Shown: positions 39,200-62,003 of the stretch, piece after piece
Numbering within the stretch: the stretch's first letter is position 1
How the letters are laid out: each line of letters opens with the position of its first letter
From: the human T2T-CHM13v2.0 reference genome, Homo sapiens
Assembly: GCF_009914755.1 (NCBI RefSeq)
Contig: NC_060939.1
Direction: 5' to 3' (one strand)
DNA length: 64,000 nt
Translations under genes and position numbers: made by a program
The notes under the pieces: model-generated
Database searches by the model: none
What the model was told of the DNA's origin: nothing
The model's input: the letters and a program-made list of their open reading frames with translations, nothing else

Positions 39200-39800
39200 A
39201 CTCCAGTACTTTCACCCTGATGAAGTCCTATTCTTTACTTTTATACTCACTCTTATTCTCGTTCCCGTTCTTATGCCACCCTCTACCTCTCCCCAGCTAT
39301 CTCCACCACACTATCAATCTCACTCACTCTCTCCTAGCCATTTCTAACCCTTCTTTAACAAACAATTTCTGGCTTTGCACTTCTCTTTCCTCCAAAATTG
39401 TGGAGGCCTCGACTTACTCACTGCTAAAAAAAAAATTAAAAAAAGACTCCATATATTTTTAAATAAAGTGTTTTTTTTGTTTTTGTTTTACCTAAATCAA
39501 TCTGGCCTGGTATACAACATAAAAAAACTCAAGGATAGAGCCCAAAAACTCGCCAACCAAGCAAATAATTATGCTGAACCCCCTTGGGCACTCTCTAATT
39601 GGATGTCCTGGGTCCTCCCAATTCTTAGTCCTTTAATACCTGTTTTTCTCTTCCTCTTATTCGGACCTTGTGTCTTCTGTTTAGTTTCTCAATTCATAAA
39701 AAACCGCTTCCAGGCCATCACCAATCATTCTATACGACAAATGCTCCTTCTAACAACCCCACAACATCACCCCTTACCCCAAAATCTTTCTTCAGTTTAA
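39200..39800 (+). pseudogene. env: HERV-H env remnant (signal-region piece fused to the TM subunit)
   Basis: LQNCGGLDLLTA (immunosuppressive-domain-like, cf. LQNRRGLDLLTA) and membrane span WMSWVLPILSPLIPVFLFLLFGPCVF. Confidence 0.88.
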
Positions 39801-39961
39801 TCTCTCCCATTCTGGATTCCCATGCTGCCCCTAATCCCGCTCGAAGCAGCCCTGAGAAACATCTTCCATTATCTCTCCATACCACCCCCAAAAATTTTCG
39901 CCGCCCCAACACTTCACCACTATTTTGTTTTGTTTTTCTTATTAATATAAGAAGACAGGAA

Positions 39962-40348
39962 TGTCAGGCCTCTGAGCCCAAGCGAAGCCATCATATCCCC
40001 TGTGCCCTCCACATATACATCCAGATGGCCTGAAGCAACTGAAGATCCACAAAGGAAGTGAAAATAGCTTAACTGATGACATTCCACCATTGTGATTTGT
40101 TCCTGCCCCACCCCAACTGATATGATATGTTCTCCCCCGCCCTTAAGAAGGTACTTTGTAATATTCTCCCCCGCCCTTAAGAAGGTACTTTGTACACCTA
40201 TCCCAAACCTACAAGAACTAATGATAATCCCACCATCCTTTGCTGACTCCTTTTTCGGACTCAGCCCGCCTGCACGCAGGTGAAATAAACGCCTTGTTGC
40301 TCACACAAAGCCTGTTGGTGGACTCTCTTCACACGGACACGCATGACA
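39962..40348 (+). mobile_element. HERV-H 3' LTR (uninterrupted), preceded by a polypurine tract
   Basis: AAGAAGACAGGAA|TGTCAGGCC...AATAAA...GCATGACA. Confidence 0.95.
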
Positions 40349-41164
40349 GATACAGCACCCACAGATACAGAGGGCCAACTGTATTTTCCCAGGCTGGTAA
40401 GAGGTGGGGTAGGGGATAGAGGTAAGGGTTAGCTTTGCAGATTGGAAAGGAAAGAGATTCTGCAGAAGTCTTATTGGTTTTTCAACCTCTTTTCTGAGTA
40501 GTTTAGAGTGGGGTGGTTGCTGGTTGAGAAGGTTTATGTCTGTTTGGCAGAGTCATGGTGGAAGGTATCCAGAAGAGAGAAGTACACACGGCAGCTCTTG
40601 GAGTTTTGACACCCCCTCCCCGCCAATCCAGGGCACTGTTAGCAGGGCAGTTACGAAGACTCTTGGGCCAGGCTGCCTCTTGGCACTCAGGCCTGAAGAG
40701 GTGGGGAGAGCAATGACCTGTAGAAGTGGCCTGGCAGGAGGAATGCTGAGTTTGTCTTTCTGCCAGAGGCAGACACAGGATGTACTAATTGCAGCCTGGT
40801 CCTCTGCTCTAGGTACAAATGGATTTAGATCTTATGGAGTCTGAAGCTTTTAGTTGGATTGGCAGGATAAGGGAGTCCTTTTTAAGAAAGTAATGCGAAT
40901 TAGGTACTGACCCTTGGAAAGGGCCTATGCAAGTGAAGGGGCCCTGGAGCTCAAGCTTCAGAAAAGGATACATGCAAGAAGAAAATAAAACAGGATGGCC
41001 GGGCGCTGTGGCTCACACCTATAATCCTAGCACTTTGGGAGGCTGAGGCAGGAGGATTGCCTCAGCTCAGGAGTTCCAGACCAGCCTGGGCAACATGGCA
41101 AAACCATGTCTCCACTAACAATACAAAAAATTAGCCGGGTGTAGTGGCGCACACCAGCTACTCA

Positions 41165-42117
<953 letters not shown>

Positions 42118-42409
42118 GCTAGGTGTGGTGACTCACGCCTGTAGTCCCAAAACTTTCGGAGGCTGAGGCAGGAGAATCACTTGAGCCTAGGGGTTCGAGA
42201 CGTGCCTAGGCAACATAACAATACCCCATCTCTACAATAAATAAAAAATATACTGGCATGGTGCACACCTGTAGTCCTAGCTACTCAGGAGACTGAGGTA
42301 GGAGGATCACTTGAGCCCAGGAGTTCAAGGCTGCAGTAAGTCGAGATCGTGCCACTGCACTCCAGCATGAGCAACAGAGATCCCATCTCAAAAACAAAAC
42401 AACAACAAT

Positions 42410-43634
<1,225 letters not shown>

Positions 43635-44544
43635 CTAGAATGTCCAACAGCCAGTTTGGGGTGGATGGGAGGGCGAGCCCTCTGAGCACCTGCCCTGTTC
43701 GTGCTCTGAGTGGGTCTCAGCGGCCGGACGGCTTGCTCTCCCCTCGGGCCGTGAAGTCCTCAGCCTCCCAAAGTCTGGCGTCCTTGGAAATATTTGAGGT
43801 CCTCCAGACTCCAGCAGCAAGCTTGTGGCAGGAGCGGCAGGGGGATGAAGGAACTGGACTGTGGGAAGTGCCTAATGAGTCAGCCAACTCTGTGGAGGGG
43901 AGGGAAGGAAACATGCCGTGTTAAGAGGATCTGCAAGCCAGGGACGGGTGGGGAGTGGAGCCCGTGGAGGATGGACAGCTGGACCATGTGAGTTTCCATT
44001 GTGTCGGGGGGAACGTGTCACCCAGAGGTCTCTCCAGCAGTCTCCCCACCCCCACCCCTGCAGATTCCACAGGACCAAGGGCTTCCCTGGACAAGGGCCT
44101 GGTCCTTGGAGTCTAAGGCAAGACTCCAATCTCCACAGTTGCCCGAGCTCTCTTCCCTGTTTGGGACTTGGGAACGGGAAGATTTGGGAGGTGAAGAGCT
44201 GGGACTCCCTTTGGTGGAGAAAGCTTGGGTTTCAGCACTGACTTGGAGAGACCAAAACAAAGGGTTTTTGGCCAGGATAGAGTGATTCTCAGGAGGAAAG
44301 GCAGGAAAGCATTTCCCCATATTCAGGTAAGGAGAGAGAGAAAATTAACAAACTGTTGCTGTGGAGGGAGACAAACACCTTGATAAACTCAAGAAGCTGG
44401 TTACGGGGATCCCAGCAAACCCGCCGGCGCAGAGCACAGTAGTGGAGAGGCCCGGGGAATCCCAGCAAAAAACACCCCACCGGCTGGGCGCCGCGGCTCA
44501 CACCTGTAATCCCGGCACTTTGGGAGGCTGAGGTGGGCAGATCA

Positions 44545-44868
<324 letters not shown>

Positions 44869-44989
44869 TTATACCAGTGACGGTGACACCACACCGTGGG
44901 GCCCTGCCCCCAATCAACTGAAAAATGAGGCAGCGACAGTTGTGGGAAGCCATCAGTGGGAGGAGACCAAAAGACTAGAGTGGTTTTTT

Positions 44990-45185
44990 TCTGCTTTGTT
45001 GAAATACAATTGACAAATAAAAGTATACATATTAAAAGCATACAACGTGATGACTTGCTATATGGACACGTGAGATGATTATCACAATCAAGCTGATTGA
45101 CACACTCATCACCTCCCATAGTTACCGTTGTTACCCATTTTTTTAAAAAAAACGAGAACACTTTAGAGGTACTCTCAAAAGATTG
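44990..45185 (-). mobile_element. L1MA-type 3' end
   Basis: TTGTTGAAATACAATTGACAAATAAAAGTATACATATT...CACAATCAAGCTGATTGACAC. Confidence 0.75.
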
Positions 45186-45897
45186 TTTTGTAAAGTTGTT
45201 TTTAAAGGTTGGGATCACCCAGACTCTAATTCAAGTGACCTTATGGGAGCCCGGGAAGACAGGATTGTAAGCAGGTAAAGGAAACCTCCACAATTCTGTT
45301 TCTTGGTGAGGAGAAAGCCTGTCTTGAAGGAGGTGTGGAGGAGGCGGGGGCCGGCAGCCAGTTGACGAACAGCCAGAAGGTGGCAGTGTCTACCTGGGGA
45401 GGGGCAGTGGGCTGAGCCCCTGGCTGGGGCGAGTCCTTTATCACACCACAGCCAGGGCCAGCTGTGTGCAGCCCCAGATTACTCCTTGACAAGACTCAGT
45501 CCCGCCAGGCCCTCCCCGCAGGCCTGTTTTTTATGCTGGTCTGGCCATGAGGTAAGGCTGGATAGGGACAAAGTGCCCGAGCATGACAGCTGCCCAGGCT
45601 GGGCCCAGTTGCACAGCTTGGGTGGCCCTAGCCTTCGAGCTCTAAATCGAGTCTCCTCCTACTCCTAGCCCATGGCAGTCGGGCCCCGGACATTCTCCTC
45701 ACTGCTTCCAGGATTCTAGAGGGCTTTCCAGTGCCCCTGGCCCCAGTCCTGCAGTGTTGACCTCCTGAGTCCCTGCCTCTCACTTCCCGGTGATGTCCCT
45801 CTGCTCTGTGCCCATCCTAGAAAAAAAAAAAAAAAAAGCCCTCTTTCTATGCTTTCTTTTTTCTTTCTTTTCTTTCTTTCTTTTTTTTTTTTAATGA

Positions 45898-46110
<213 letters not shown>

Positions 46111-46470
46111 TGATCCACCCACCTTGGCCTCCCAAAGTGCTGGGATTACAGGCGTGAGCCACAACGCCCGGCTTTTTCGTATTTTTAATGGAGATGCGGT
46201 TTCACCATGTTGGCCAGGCTGGTCTCAAACTCCTGACCTCAGGTGACCCACCCGCCTCAGCCTCCCAAAGTGAAAGTGCTGGGATTACAGGTGTGAGCCA
46301 CCGTGCCCGGCCTTTCTATGCTTTCTTGTCACATGAGCTACAGCTTTTACTGAAGGCTTGGGCAATAGAGGGGTGTACTGGGGTGTACTTAGTAGGAAAA
46401 CAAACCATTTCAAAAAGAATAGTACAGATCCTGTTCTTAAAAGTCCTTTGAGGTCTGGCATGGTGGCTCA

Positions 46471-46902
<432 letters not shown>

Positions 46903-48432
46903 TTAGCTGGGTGTGGCAGCACATGCCCGTAATCCGAGCTACTCGGGAGGCTGAGGTAGGAGAATCACTTGAACCCAGAGGCGGAGGTTGCAGTGAGCTG
47001 AGATCACGCCATTGCACTCCAGCCTGGGCAACAAGAGTCTCAAAAAAAAAAAAAAGCCCTTTGGTCTCCCCGCCACTGTGAAATTCTCAGTGGACACATA
47101 CCTCCCAGGCTCTGCCCTTGCCATTTTGTTTTCTCCCTCCCTCCTCCCTCCTTCACCCTTCATTTCTATGACCATCTTTCCATTTCTTCTTCTCTTTTGG
47201 GGTCCCTCGCCCCCAAGTTCCGGTTAACGTTCTCTGTAAAGCCGTTTGATTCCTCCTGTGTTTAAACATCTTCCTTCAACTATGTCCTTAGCACCTCCCC
47301 TTCCTCAACAAAAGTGGCTATCAAGATATTTTCCTAAACAAAAACCGGTCTCACCCTGCTAAATGCATTGGAAACTTACCACCTGGTGTATATATTGGCC
47401 TCCTGAGCAATTGATTAGTCTGAGTCCACAGCTGGGACCTGGCTCTCCTCTCCACCAGCTGCCAGGCGGAGGGCAGACCCAGGGCCCCAGGGGTGAATTT
47501 GTCAGGGCAAAGGCCTCTGTGGGCAGCCTCTTGGCAGCCTGCCAGTAGCCCCTTCTGGCAGCGTCCCACCTCTCCCGGCATCACAGATCAAGCCTCAGAA
47601 GAGCAGGGCCTAAGGAGAAAACCCGAGAGTGACGATGGCAAAGAGTGATCACAACACCCCAGGTGGGTGGACTCCGGGGGAACGCAGAGGTACTCGGGCC
47701 CAGAGCTGGTGGGAGAGGGGAGGTGATGGGAAACTGGACACCCAGAAAGTCCCACCAGCATGGAAATCCACTGGGGGGCTCAGCACCCCTGGAGAGGCAC
47801 TGGGAGTTGGGAGGATCAAAGGAAAGACAGGGCTCTCACTGCCGGTGAATAGGACAAGCTGGGAAGGAAACAGACAATGCTTTCCAGGTTGGATTGCCAA
47901 GGCAGAGAGGCAAGAGAGGGGATGGAGAGAAGTCTTCAAAACTGCCATTCAAGGCCAGGCACAGTGGCTCTCACCTGTAATCCCAACACTTTGGGAAGTT
48001 GAGGCAGGAGGATCGCTTGAGCCTAGGAGTTTGCGACCAGCCTGGGCAACATAGCAAGACCCCGTCTCTAAAAAAGTAGAAAACTTAGCAGGACATGGTG
48101 GTGTATGCCTATAGTCAGAGCTATTCAGAAGGCTGAGGTGAGAGGACTGTGTGAGCCCAGAACATCTAGGCTGCAGTGAGCTGACATCACACCACTACAC
48201 TCATTCAGCCTGGACGACAAAGTGAGACCCTGTCACAAAAAAAGAAAAAAAAAAAAAACAGGCCAGGCATGGTTGCTCATGCTCATAATCCTAGCACTTT
48301 GGGAGTTTAAGGCAGGCAGATTGCCTGAGTTCAGTAGTTTGAGACCAGCCTGGCCAACATGGTGAAACCCGGTCTCTACTAAAAATACAAAAATTAGCCA
48401 GGCATGGTGGGGAGCACCTGTAATCCCAGCTA

Positions 48433-48583
<151 letters not shown>

Positions 48584-48660
48584 TTACCACGTGTCAGGCA
48601 CTGAACACTGACAGCAGCTAACAATTACACTGACTTACTCCACACCAGGCTTGTTCTAAG

Positions 48661-50595
<1,935 letters not shown>

Positions 50596-52347
50596 TGAGA
50601 AAATTTACACAGAAAGTGCTTCAGCACTTTGCCCATTGCTACCCAGAAAGAAAAGGGCTGAGCTGGAATCTGAGCCACCAAGGTCAGCCAACTGAGGGTC
50701 CACAGTCTGGTGTCCTAACAACTGTGCTATGCTGTCAGCTTCACAAATCTCATCTCCCATAGGAGGTCATCAAAAAGCTGCTTGCAGCTGGGTGCAGTGG
50801 CTCACACCTGTAATCCCGGCACTTTGGGAGCCCGAGGCAGGCAGACCACTTGAGGTCAGGAGTTCAAGACCAGCCTGGCCAACATGGTGAAACCCCATCT
50901 CTACTAAAAATACAAAAATTAGCCAGGTGTGGTGGTGCGTGCCTGTAGTCTCAGCTACTTGGGAGGCTGAAGCAGGAGAATCTGCTTGAACCCTGGAGGC
51001 GGAGGTTGCAGCAAGCCAAGATTGCGCCACTGCACTCCAGCCTGGGTGACAGAGCAAGACTCTATCTCAAAAAGAAAGAAAGAAAGAAAGAGAGAGAGAG
51101 GAAGGAAGGAAGGAAGGAGGGAAGAAAGAAAGAAAGAAAACAATAATCCAATATATAGGCAAGAGCCCTTACTTCTCTACTACTTACAGTCTAGTGTTCA
51201 GAGAATGTAGGAGTGAGCCCAGAGAGCTTCCCAAGCCTACCATGTCGTCACTGCCTACAAGAGTCCCTGAAGATGGCCACACAAAACCCTGGGGCTTACT
51301 CATACATGTTCACAGTTTCATTTTCTTATCATATTGGTCAGTTTCATCTACACTGGAACGTGGTTCCACCTATCTTTCTGTTCTCTGATAAGCTTCAGCT
51401 CAAGGGGAAACATTTCTGGGGCCACAGGTTCTGTTGCCTGCCTCTGCAAAGAGCACATTACGCAAAGCAGATGTTCTGTGCCCAATTCAGTCTCTGCTAT
51501 CAGAAAAGCTGTGTTCAGAGCCACATGGAGCCTGCAGCCTCCTGCTTTGCGGGAATGTTTGTGTAAAGGTTCCTGGCTTTCTCTTTGTTTACATCTGACT
51601 GTTTACCTTTCAGTCCCATCTCGTCTTCTGCTCAGTGAACAGTTTTTGCACTGGCAGGAGCCAGGTCGAACAGTTCCATAAACTGCTTTTTTATGGTTCT
51701 CAGTAGAGCAGAGGTTTGAAATTAGAGAACCTGAATGTTGGCTCAAGGAGGACACAAACTCCCTGAATTAGTGTCCAAATCTATGTGTGTGTGTGTGTGT
51801 GTGTGTGTTTGTGTCTTTCTAGGGGGTGGTTCCTTATTCTCATTGGATTTCCAAAGGGGTCTGGAACCCACAGCAGGGTCAGAACACCTGGGTATATGGT
51901 GGGCCCCGAGGGGCCACCAAATGGAACGTTCTGCCGTCTGCTCTTTGGAATATTCTTCTGGCCAAGAGCCACCACTTCCCTGACTCCGGCCTTTCTCTTC
52001 CCCACTGTCACCAACAGGGGATATAGGCTTTCTATTGGGCACCACTCCTCACTGAGAACTGCTCTCAGGGCTTTCTGAGCCTGTTGGTGTGACTGCGGTG
52101 GTGGCAGCTTGCAGGAGAGACACCTCACTCTTTGCTTTGTGGGATCCTCTGCTTGGTCCCTGACTCACAGACTGAAGCTCAAATTCTAGCCACGCACCAA
52201 AAAGTGACCGACAGCCGGGCGCGGTGGCTCGTGCCTATAATCCCAGCACTTTGGGAGGCCGAGGCGGGCGTTTCACCATGTTGGCCAGGCTGGTCCCAAA
52301 CTCCTGACCATTGCATTTGTTTGCAATGTAATTTGCAAACAAATTTG

Positions 52348-53004
<657 letters not shown>

Positions 53005-53307
53005 ACTATCTTACACTTCTGTGATTACAAAAGCAACATATGCTCCCTGTAGAAAATATGGGAACATCAGAAATGGAAAAACTAAGACAAGAATCTCTGC
53101 AAAAATCTTGTTTTTTTGTTTTTATTTATTTTGATTATTTTTGTTTTGAGACAAGACCTACTCTGCCACCCAGACTGGAGTGCAGTGGCACAGTCACAGC
53201 TCATGGAAGCCTTAAGCTCCTGGGCTCAGACAATTCTTTGGCCTCAGCCTCCAAGTACCTGGACTACAGGTGTGCACCACCATGCACCATGCCCAGCTAA
53301 TTTTTAA

Positions 53308-53466
<159 letters not shown>

Positions 53467-53805
53467 TAAAAGTGAAAATATACCCTTCATTCCTCATTTC
53501 TACCTTCTTCCCCAAAGAACACTGCTGTGATAGTGAGGGACCTTTTTTGGGTTTGTCCAAACTGCTTCCAGTAACATCCTTGCCCTCCAGCTACACCTGT
53601 TCCTGCTGGTGCTCTGGAGAACAGGCCCCTTGTGCCGGGGTTGCTGGTGGATCAAATCTTTGTGCACAATCACAGGGATTCTGCAGAAGTGGAATTGTTT
53701 TGTCAAAGGGTATACAAAATGTTCATAATTAGAGCTCAGATTTAAAAGAATTTTTTTTTTTTTTGAGACAGAGTCTCACCGCGCCCGGCCTAAAAGGAAA
53801 TTTTA

Positions 53806-54208
<403 letters not shown>

Positions 54209-54899
54209 TTAGGTAATGGGGCAGGAAGTTGTTTTTCATTCCTTTGTCTTGCTACCTAGCTGGATTTTCTACATTTTCTTTCATGAGCTTGTGCTACTTT
54301 TTGTAATGGAGGAAATAACTGTAATAGAATGCTGCCAGAGAAGACAATTGAAAGGAACTTTTGGTTCTGTTCAGAAAGGGCAGGCCTGCTGCTAGTAGCT
54401 GCAGGGGACAGACAGCGGATGGGGCAGGGGGATTTCTGGCAGAGGCTGAAATGGAAGGTGGGACCTGTGGCCAGTGTGGTGGGGGCGGGGCAGTCTCTGC
54501 CTTTCAGACCTGGGAGGGAACTGTGTGCATGAGCTTTGCCAGGGAGGGAGGTAGCTCTTAGCTGGTCCAAGATAGGCTGAAGAGTTTGTAAACAAGTGCC
54601 TGGCTACTCAAAATAAGTTTAGGTCCTTTGGCCCAGACTAGTTCTATCCCAGGCTACTGAGAAACGGGATGCTGAGTCCCTGCCACTGGTCTTTGAAAAA
54701 CGACAATGGAAGATGCGCTGAAAGATTGGAGAGGGTCAAAACGCCATTCCCTTTCCTGAAAGGAAGGCAACAGAAACTTCAAACATTGGGGCAGAGGGCT
54801 AAGCAAGATTAAAGGGTGACTCAGGACCCCGTAGAAAAGGATGTGACAATTCATGGGAGCTGGAATGGGTCATCAACTGCAGCCCCAGACCAACCTCAG

Positions 54900-55960
<1,061 letters not shown>

Positions 55961-57965
55961 GTGGGCAACTGCCCAGGGCTATATTCAGTCCTCGTGGCCA
56001 TGGGAGGGGGCTGCATCCTGAGTGTTTAAAAGTCCTGATGAAATCCAGATGTAAGGATGAATGATGCTAAGGAGTTGGAACTCGGCATGGTAACATGGCT
56101 GCCTTGGGCTTTCTTGACCTGATGTCTTTAGCTATTTGGTCCATCTGATTGTCTTTAGTTGAGTTTCTTATTCACTGAACAGCTTTGTACGTCCTTTGAA
56201 TATTTCCAAATTGTGTGCCAATTGCATTTTCCACTGTAAATGAATCAACTGGCCTTCTGTTTGTGTTTTGAAAAATTACAAGTAACGACTGGACAGGCCC
56301 AACGGAATCCCTCAATCTCCCCCATGCAACATTCCTCACTAATGACCTTCCTGGCCTGAGAGGTGGTTAAAAATAGTGCCATCTGCCCTCAAGCTACACT
56401 GCTTCAGGTATTGCGCTTCATAATCCATGCCCTCTATACTGAACCTCGTGGCCAGGACAAGCTTCCAGGGCAGTCACAGTCAGAGTGGACAGCTGTCACC
56501 TGTAGTTGGCCACAGCCCTATCAATGAGTAGGGCCTGCACCAACCCTGCTCAAGTGTTCTCTGCAGAGAGTGAGCAGCATACCTGGCTTCGTGAGGTGGG
56601 GACCCTTGTGGCTCTGGGCATCCAAAGGACTTGATTTCTCCCTTGGAAGATAGAGGCAGGGGCAGGACCAGGGCATAAGCAGTTATGCTAGTGAGGTGTA
56701 CTCTGATGCCCCCCGGTACAGTCTGAAGTCTGCAGGAGTTGAAAGACGTGTGCAGGTGGGCCAGGTATCCCTAGCAGTGGTTTCTATTTGTGGCAGCCAA
56801 ATGGTGAGAGCAAGAAGGTGGAGAGGACCGCGGAACCTTTGCAAAGGCAAACCAGTGAGAGTAAGTGCCAGATGGGCCACAGTGCCTTGGGGGACGTAAT
56901 GGTTGTATCTCCAGAGATGAGTAGATGCTGGCTTCCTATTTAACATCAATCCAGTCCCCCAAACGCCTCCGTCGGTGGGCCTGGCATTCTTCCAGACTCC
57001 CTTCAAACCATGTTTCCAGCAAGCACCCTGCCATCAGCCTTACTCCCACGCTGATTACTGGCTCTCAGCGCATGTATGTTTCGTTTACACTGTGCTGCTG
57101 TTTTGTAATTGTTTGCAAGTTGTGTCATATGTGTATGTTGTGTCTAAAGTGGATAGAGGCCTCTGAGATCAGGATCTAGTTTTCTCGAATCATCGTCCTC
57201 CTCCACAACCACCACCACCACCAATAACTGGCACCGAACACAGGGCATTACGTAATGCGGACAAAAATGCTTGTAAATGAGTTCATGTCACAGACACTCA
57301 GAAGTTTGCCCCCACTGTAAACAAACACTGTAGAGGTGAAAGGCTTTGTTTCCAAGGCTCAGGAACATGGAGAGAGGAGCCCTCTACCTTTGCAGTTCAT
57401 TCAACAGACTAGGGATCTACTTGCCCTCACAGGGCTCTTAGAATAAGGAAAAAAAAGCAGAAGGCATGTTCCGCAACCTCACAGAACATATTCAGCTGGG
57501 AAGATTGTTCATGGAGTTGGCAAATCTTTTTTTTTTTTTAGACAGATTCTCACTCTGTCGCCCAGGCTGGAGTGCAATGGCACGATCTTGGCTCACTGCA
57601 ACCTCCGTCTCCTGGGTTCGAGCAAGCAATTCTCCTGTCTCAGCCTCTGGAGTAGCTGGGACCACAGGCCACACCAACACTCCTGGCTAATTTTTGTATT
57701 TTTAGTAGAGACGGGTTTCACCATGTTAGCCAGGCTAATCTCAAACTCCTGACCTCAGGTGATCCACCCGCCTCAGCCTCCCAAACAGCTGGGATTACAG
57801 GCATGAGCCACCGCGCCTGGCCGGAGCTGGCAAATAATTAAAACAATTTTCAGACATCCCATCCTACCAACTTCACAGTTAAGTGTTAAAAGAAATTAGG
57901 TTGGCGGGGCACAGTGGCTCACGCCTGTAATCCCAGCACTTTGGGAGGCCGAGGCAGGCGGATCA

Positions 57966-58548
<583 letters not shown>

Positions 58549-58595
58549 TCATGCCTGTAATCCCAGCATTTTGGAAGGCTGAGGCAGGTGGATCA

Positions 58596-58814
<219 letters not shown>

Positions 58815-58819
58815 TCAAA

Positions 58820-58977
58820 AAGGAAGGAAGGAAGGAAGGAAGGAAGGAAGGAAGGAAGGAGGGAGGGAGGGAGGGAGGGAGGGAGGGAGGGAGGGAAGAA
58901 AAGAAAAAAACAAGAAGAGAAGAGGAAAGGAAAGGAGAGGAGAGGAAAGGAAAGGAAAGGAGAGAAGAGGAGAGAAA
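58820..58977. repeat. (GGAA)n(GGGA)n polypurine microsatellite
   Basis: Tandem GGAA then GGGA units in an Alu tail. Confidence 0.92.
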
Positions 58978-59118
58978 TTAGAGGCGGGACGTGGTGGCTC
59001 TTGCCTGTAATCCCAGCACTTTGGGAGGCCTAGGCAAGAGGATCAATTGAGGTCAGGAGTTTGAGACCAGCCTGGCCAACATGGTGAAACCCCGTCTCTA
59101 CTAAAAATACAAAAATTA

Positions 59119-59575
<457 letters not shown>

Positions 59576-59762
59576 TGAACTCCTGACCTCGTGATCCACC
59601 CACCTCAGCCTGCCAAAGTGTTGGGATTACAGGCGTGAGCCACCGCACCAGGCCCAAAACAGCTTTTTCAAAAATTCTTTACTATGAGATTCTTTGAGAT
59701 ATCAACCTGTGTAACTTAAATGACCTATTGATATTCTCAGCTTTTCAGAAATGTATTTTCTT

Positions 59763-59837
59763 GAAAGAAGGAAGGAAGGAAGGAAGGAAGGAGAAAGAAA
59801 GAAAAAGAAAGGAAGGAAGGAAGGAAAGAAAGAAGGA

Positions 59838-59897
<60 letters not shown>

Positions 59898-59905
59898 AAA
59901 GAAAG

Positions 59906-59984
<79 letters not shown>

Positions 59985-59985
59985 A
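59763..59985. repeat. Compound (GGAA)n/(GAAA)n microsatellite, ~220 bp
   Basis: Two long pure GAAA runs plus GGAA blocks. All purine. Confidence 0.95.
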
Positions 59986-60715
59986 ATGGTGCAAATTCTC
60001 CAAAAAGGCCAACGTGCTGCGTGGCTCCTGGCCACGAGGGGGCATGGTCTCCCTAGTCCTAGGCTAAGGAACCAACGATGGGGACCCTAGCTGTGTCCAG
60101 CCTCAGCCTAGTGGAGTTGGGAGGAATGCCCTCTTGGCCAAGGTCCAGGAGTTCCAGGAGACTCCAGACCTCTTTTCCTGTACTAGCAACTCCCCGCAGC
60201 AGAGTGTATGTCTGGGGTGTAGAAAGCCACGAGCGCTCTAGGCTGAAGAGGAGGTCATGTTTAAATTACAGACTGAGCAGGAGTGCTGTGCAAGCAGCTT
60301 TGCCCAGGAGCCAGCAGGGCGGGTGGTGTCTGGGGCATGACCTTGGGTGGCTGTGGTGCTGGTTAGGGTGCTGGGTGGAGCCTGGCTGGCGAGGCTGGAG
60401 AGCATGGGCGGGGCAGCCACAGTACAGATGGGGCCACACAAAGCTTGTAGGAGCCGCTCTGACTGGCCAGCTGCTCCCAGCCCTGCCAGCACTGGGATTG
60501 TGTGGTGTGATCAAGGCAAAGACCATGCTTTTCAGCAAGGTCGTCTGCAGTCTGGCTTCAATCTCCCTCCCTCCGCGTTACCTTTTCCAAAAGGACCTCT
60601 TCTCCAGCCCAGCTAATGACCTGCTCTTCCAGAAAATGACTTAAACTTTGCTTCATTGATTCATTTTTGCACTTACTTCGACACACAGCAAACACTTATT
60701 GAGCACGTATGGTAG

Positions 60716-60934
<219 letters not shown>

Positions 60935-61691
60935 TGAATCTTTAGTGGAGATGGGGATTCACCATGTTTGCCGGACTGGTTTTGAACTCCCGACCTCAAG
61001 TGATCTGCCCGCCTCGGCCTCCCAAAGTGCTGGGATTACAGGCATGAGCCACCGCGCCCGGCCCATAGGCACTACAGTTTTATGCCTTTGAATCTTTATT
61101 CATGTTTTTCTATTTGTGGAAAATTCTCCTCATCCCTCTCTGCCTGGCCAGATTTTACCATCTTTCAGTGACCTCCTCATGCCTCACCAACTCCAGGGTC
61201 CCCTCTCTGATTATTCCAAAGTGAGAAAAGGGACCAGGCCCTTCTCATTCACTGTTATATCCTGAGTGACTAACAGGTGCCTGGTACAAGCAAGCACTCA
61301 AAAATATTGACAGAATGAATGAGGCAGTCTTGTCCCTCTCTGACTTCACAACCCTGTTGCCTAGAACTTTCACTTCCAGTCCTGCCCATGGCATTTCTCC
61401 TACTGAACTCTTGTGTTTATTACTACTCAGTGCTGGGTGGTTGGGTTAGGCAGGGCTCTGGATTTGCCAGGAACAGAAAGGAATTTATTGGTTCATTGAA
61501 CCACACCATGGGAGGGGTAGCAGGAACCATAGGGGTCTGGGAATACAACGTCAGGACACTGCCACTCACACTGGCTTCTTTCATTGATGTCTTCATCCCC
61601 CACTACTGCAGAAAGCCTTTCGCCACCCAGAAAATGGCTATCAACCGGTCAGGATTCACATCCTACCAGCTTAGCAATCCAAGAAGAATAG

Positions 61692-62003
<312 letters not shown>

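Noticed and set aside
36319-39800. HERV-H ORFs as functional retroviral genes
   Set aside because: Stops, frameshifts, a lost protease active site and large pol/env deletions. Annotated as pseudogene remnants.
47450-47480. CTCF-like motif
   Set aside because: Mismatches at core positions; too weak to call without ChIP data.
56683-57179. Short ORFs in a unique segment as a possible processed pseudogene
   Set aside because: No recognisable protein similarity, polyA tail or TSD.
59728-60090. Lys/Glu/Arg-rich and Phe/Leu/Ser-rich ORFs (also 21448-21838 and 58733-59033)
   Set aside because: Translations of GAAA/GGAA microsatellites.
60078-60644. 188-aa ATG ORF in GC-rich unique sequence
   Set aside because: Atypical Trp/Gly/Leu-rich composition, no known motif and no supporting gene structure. 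Likely chance.
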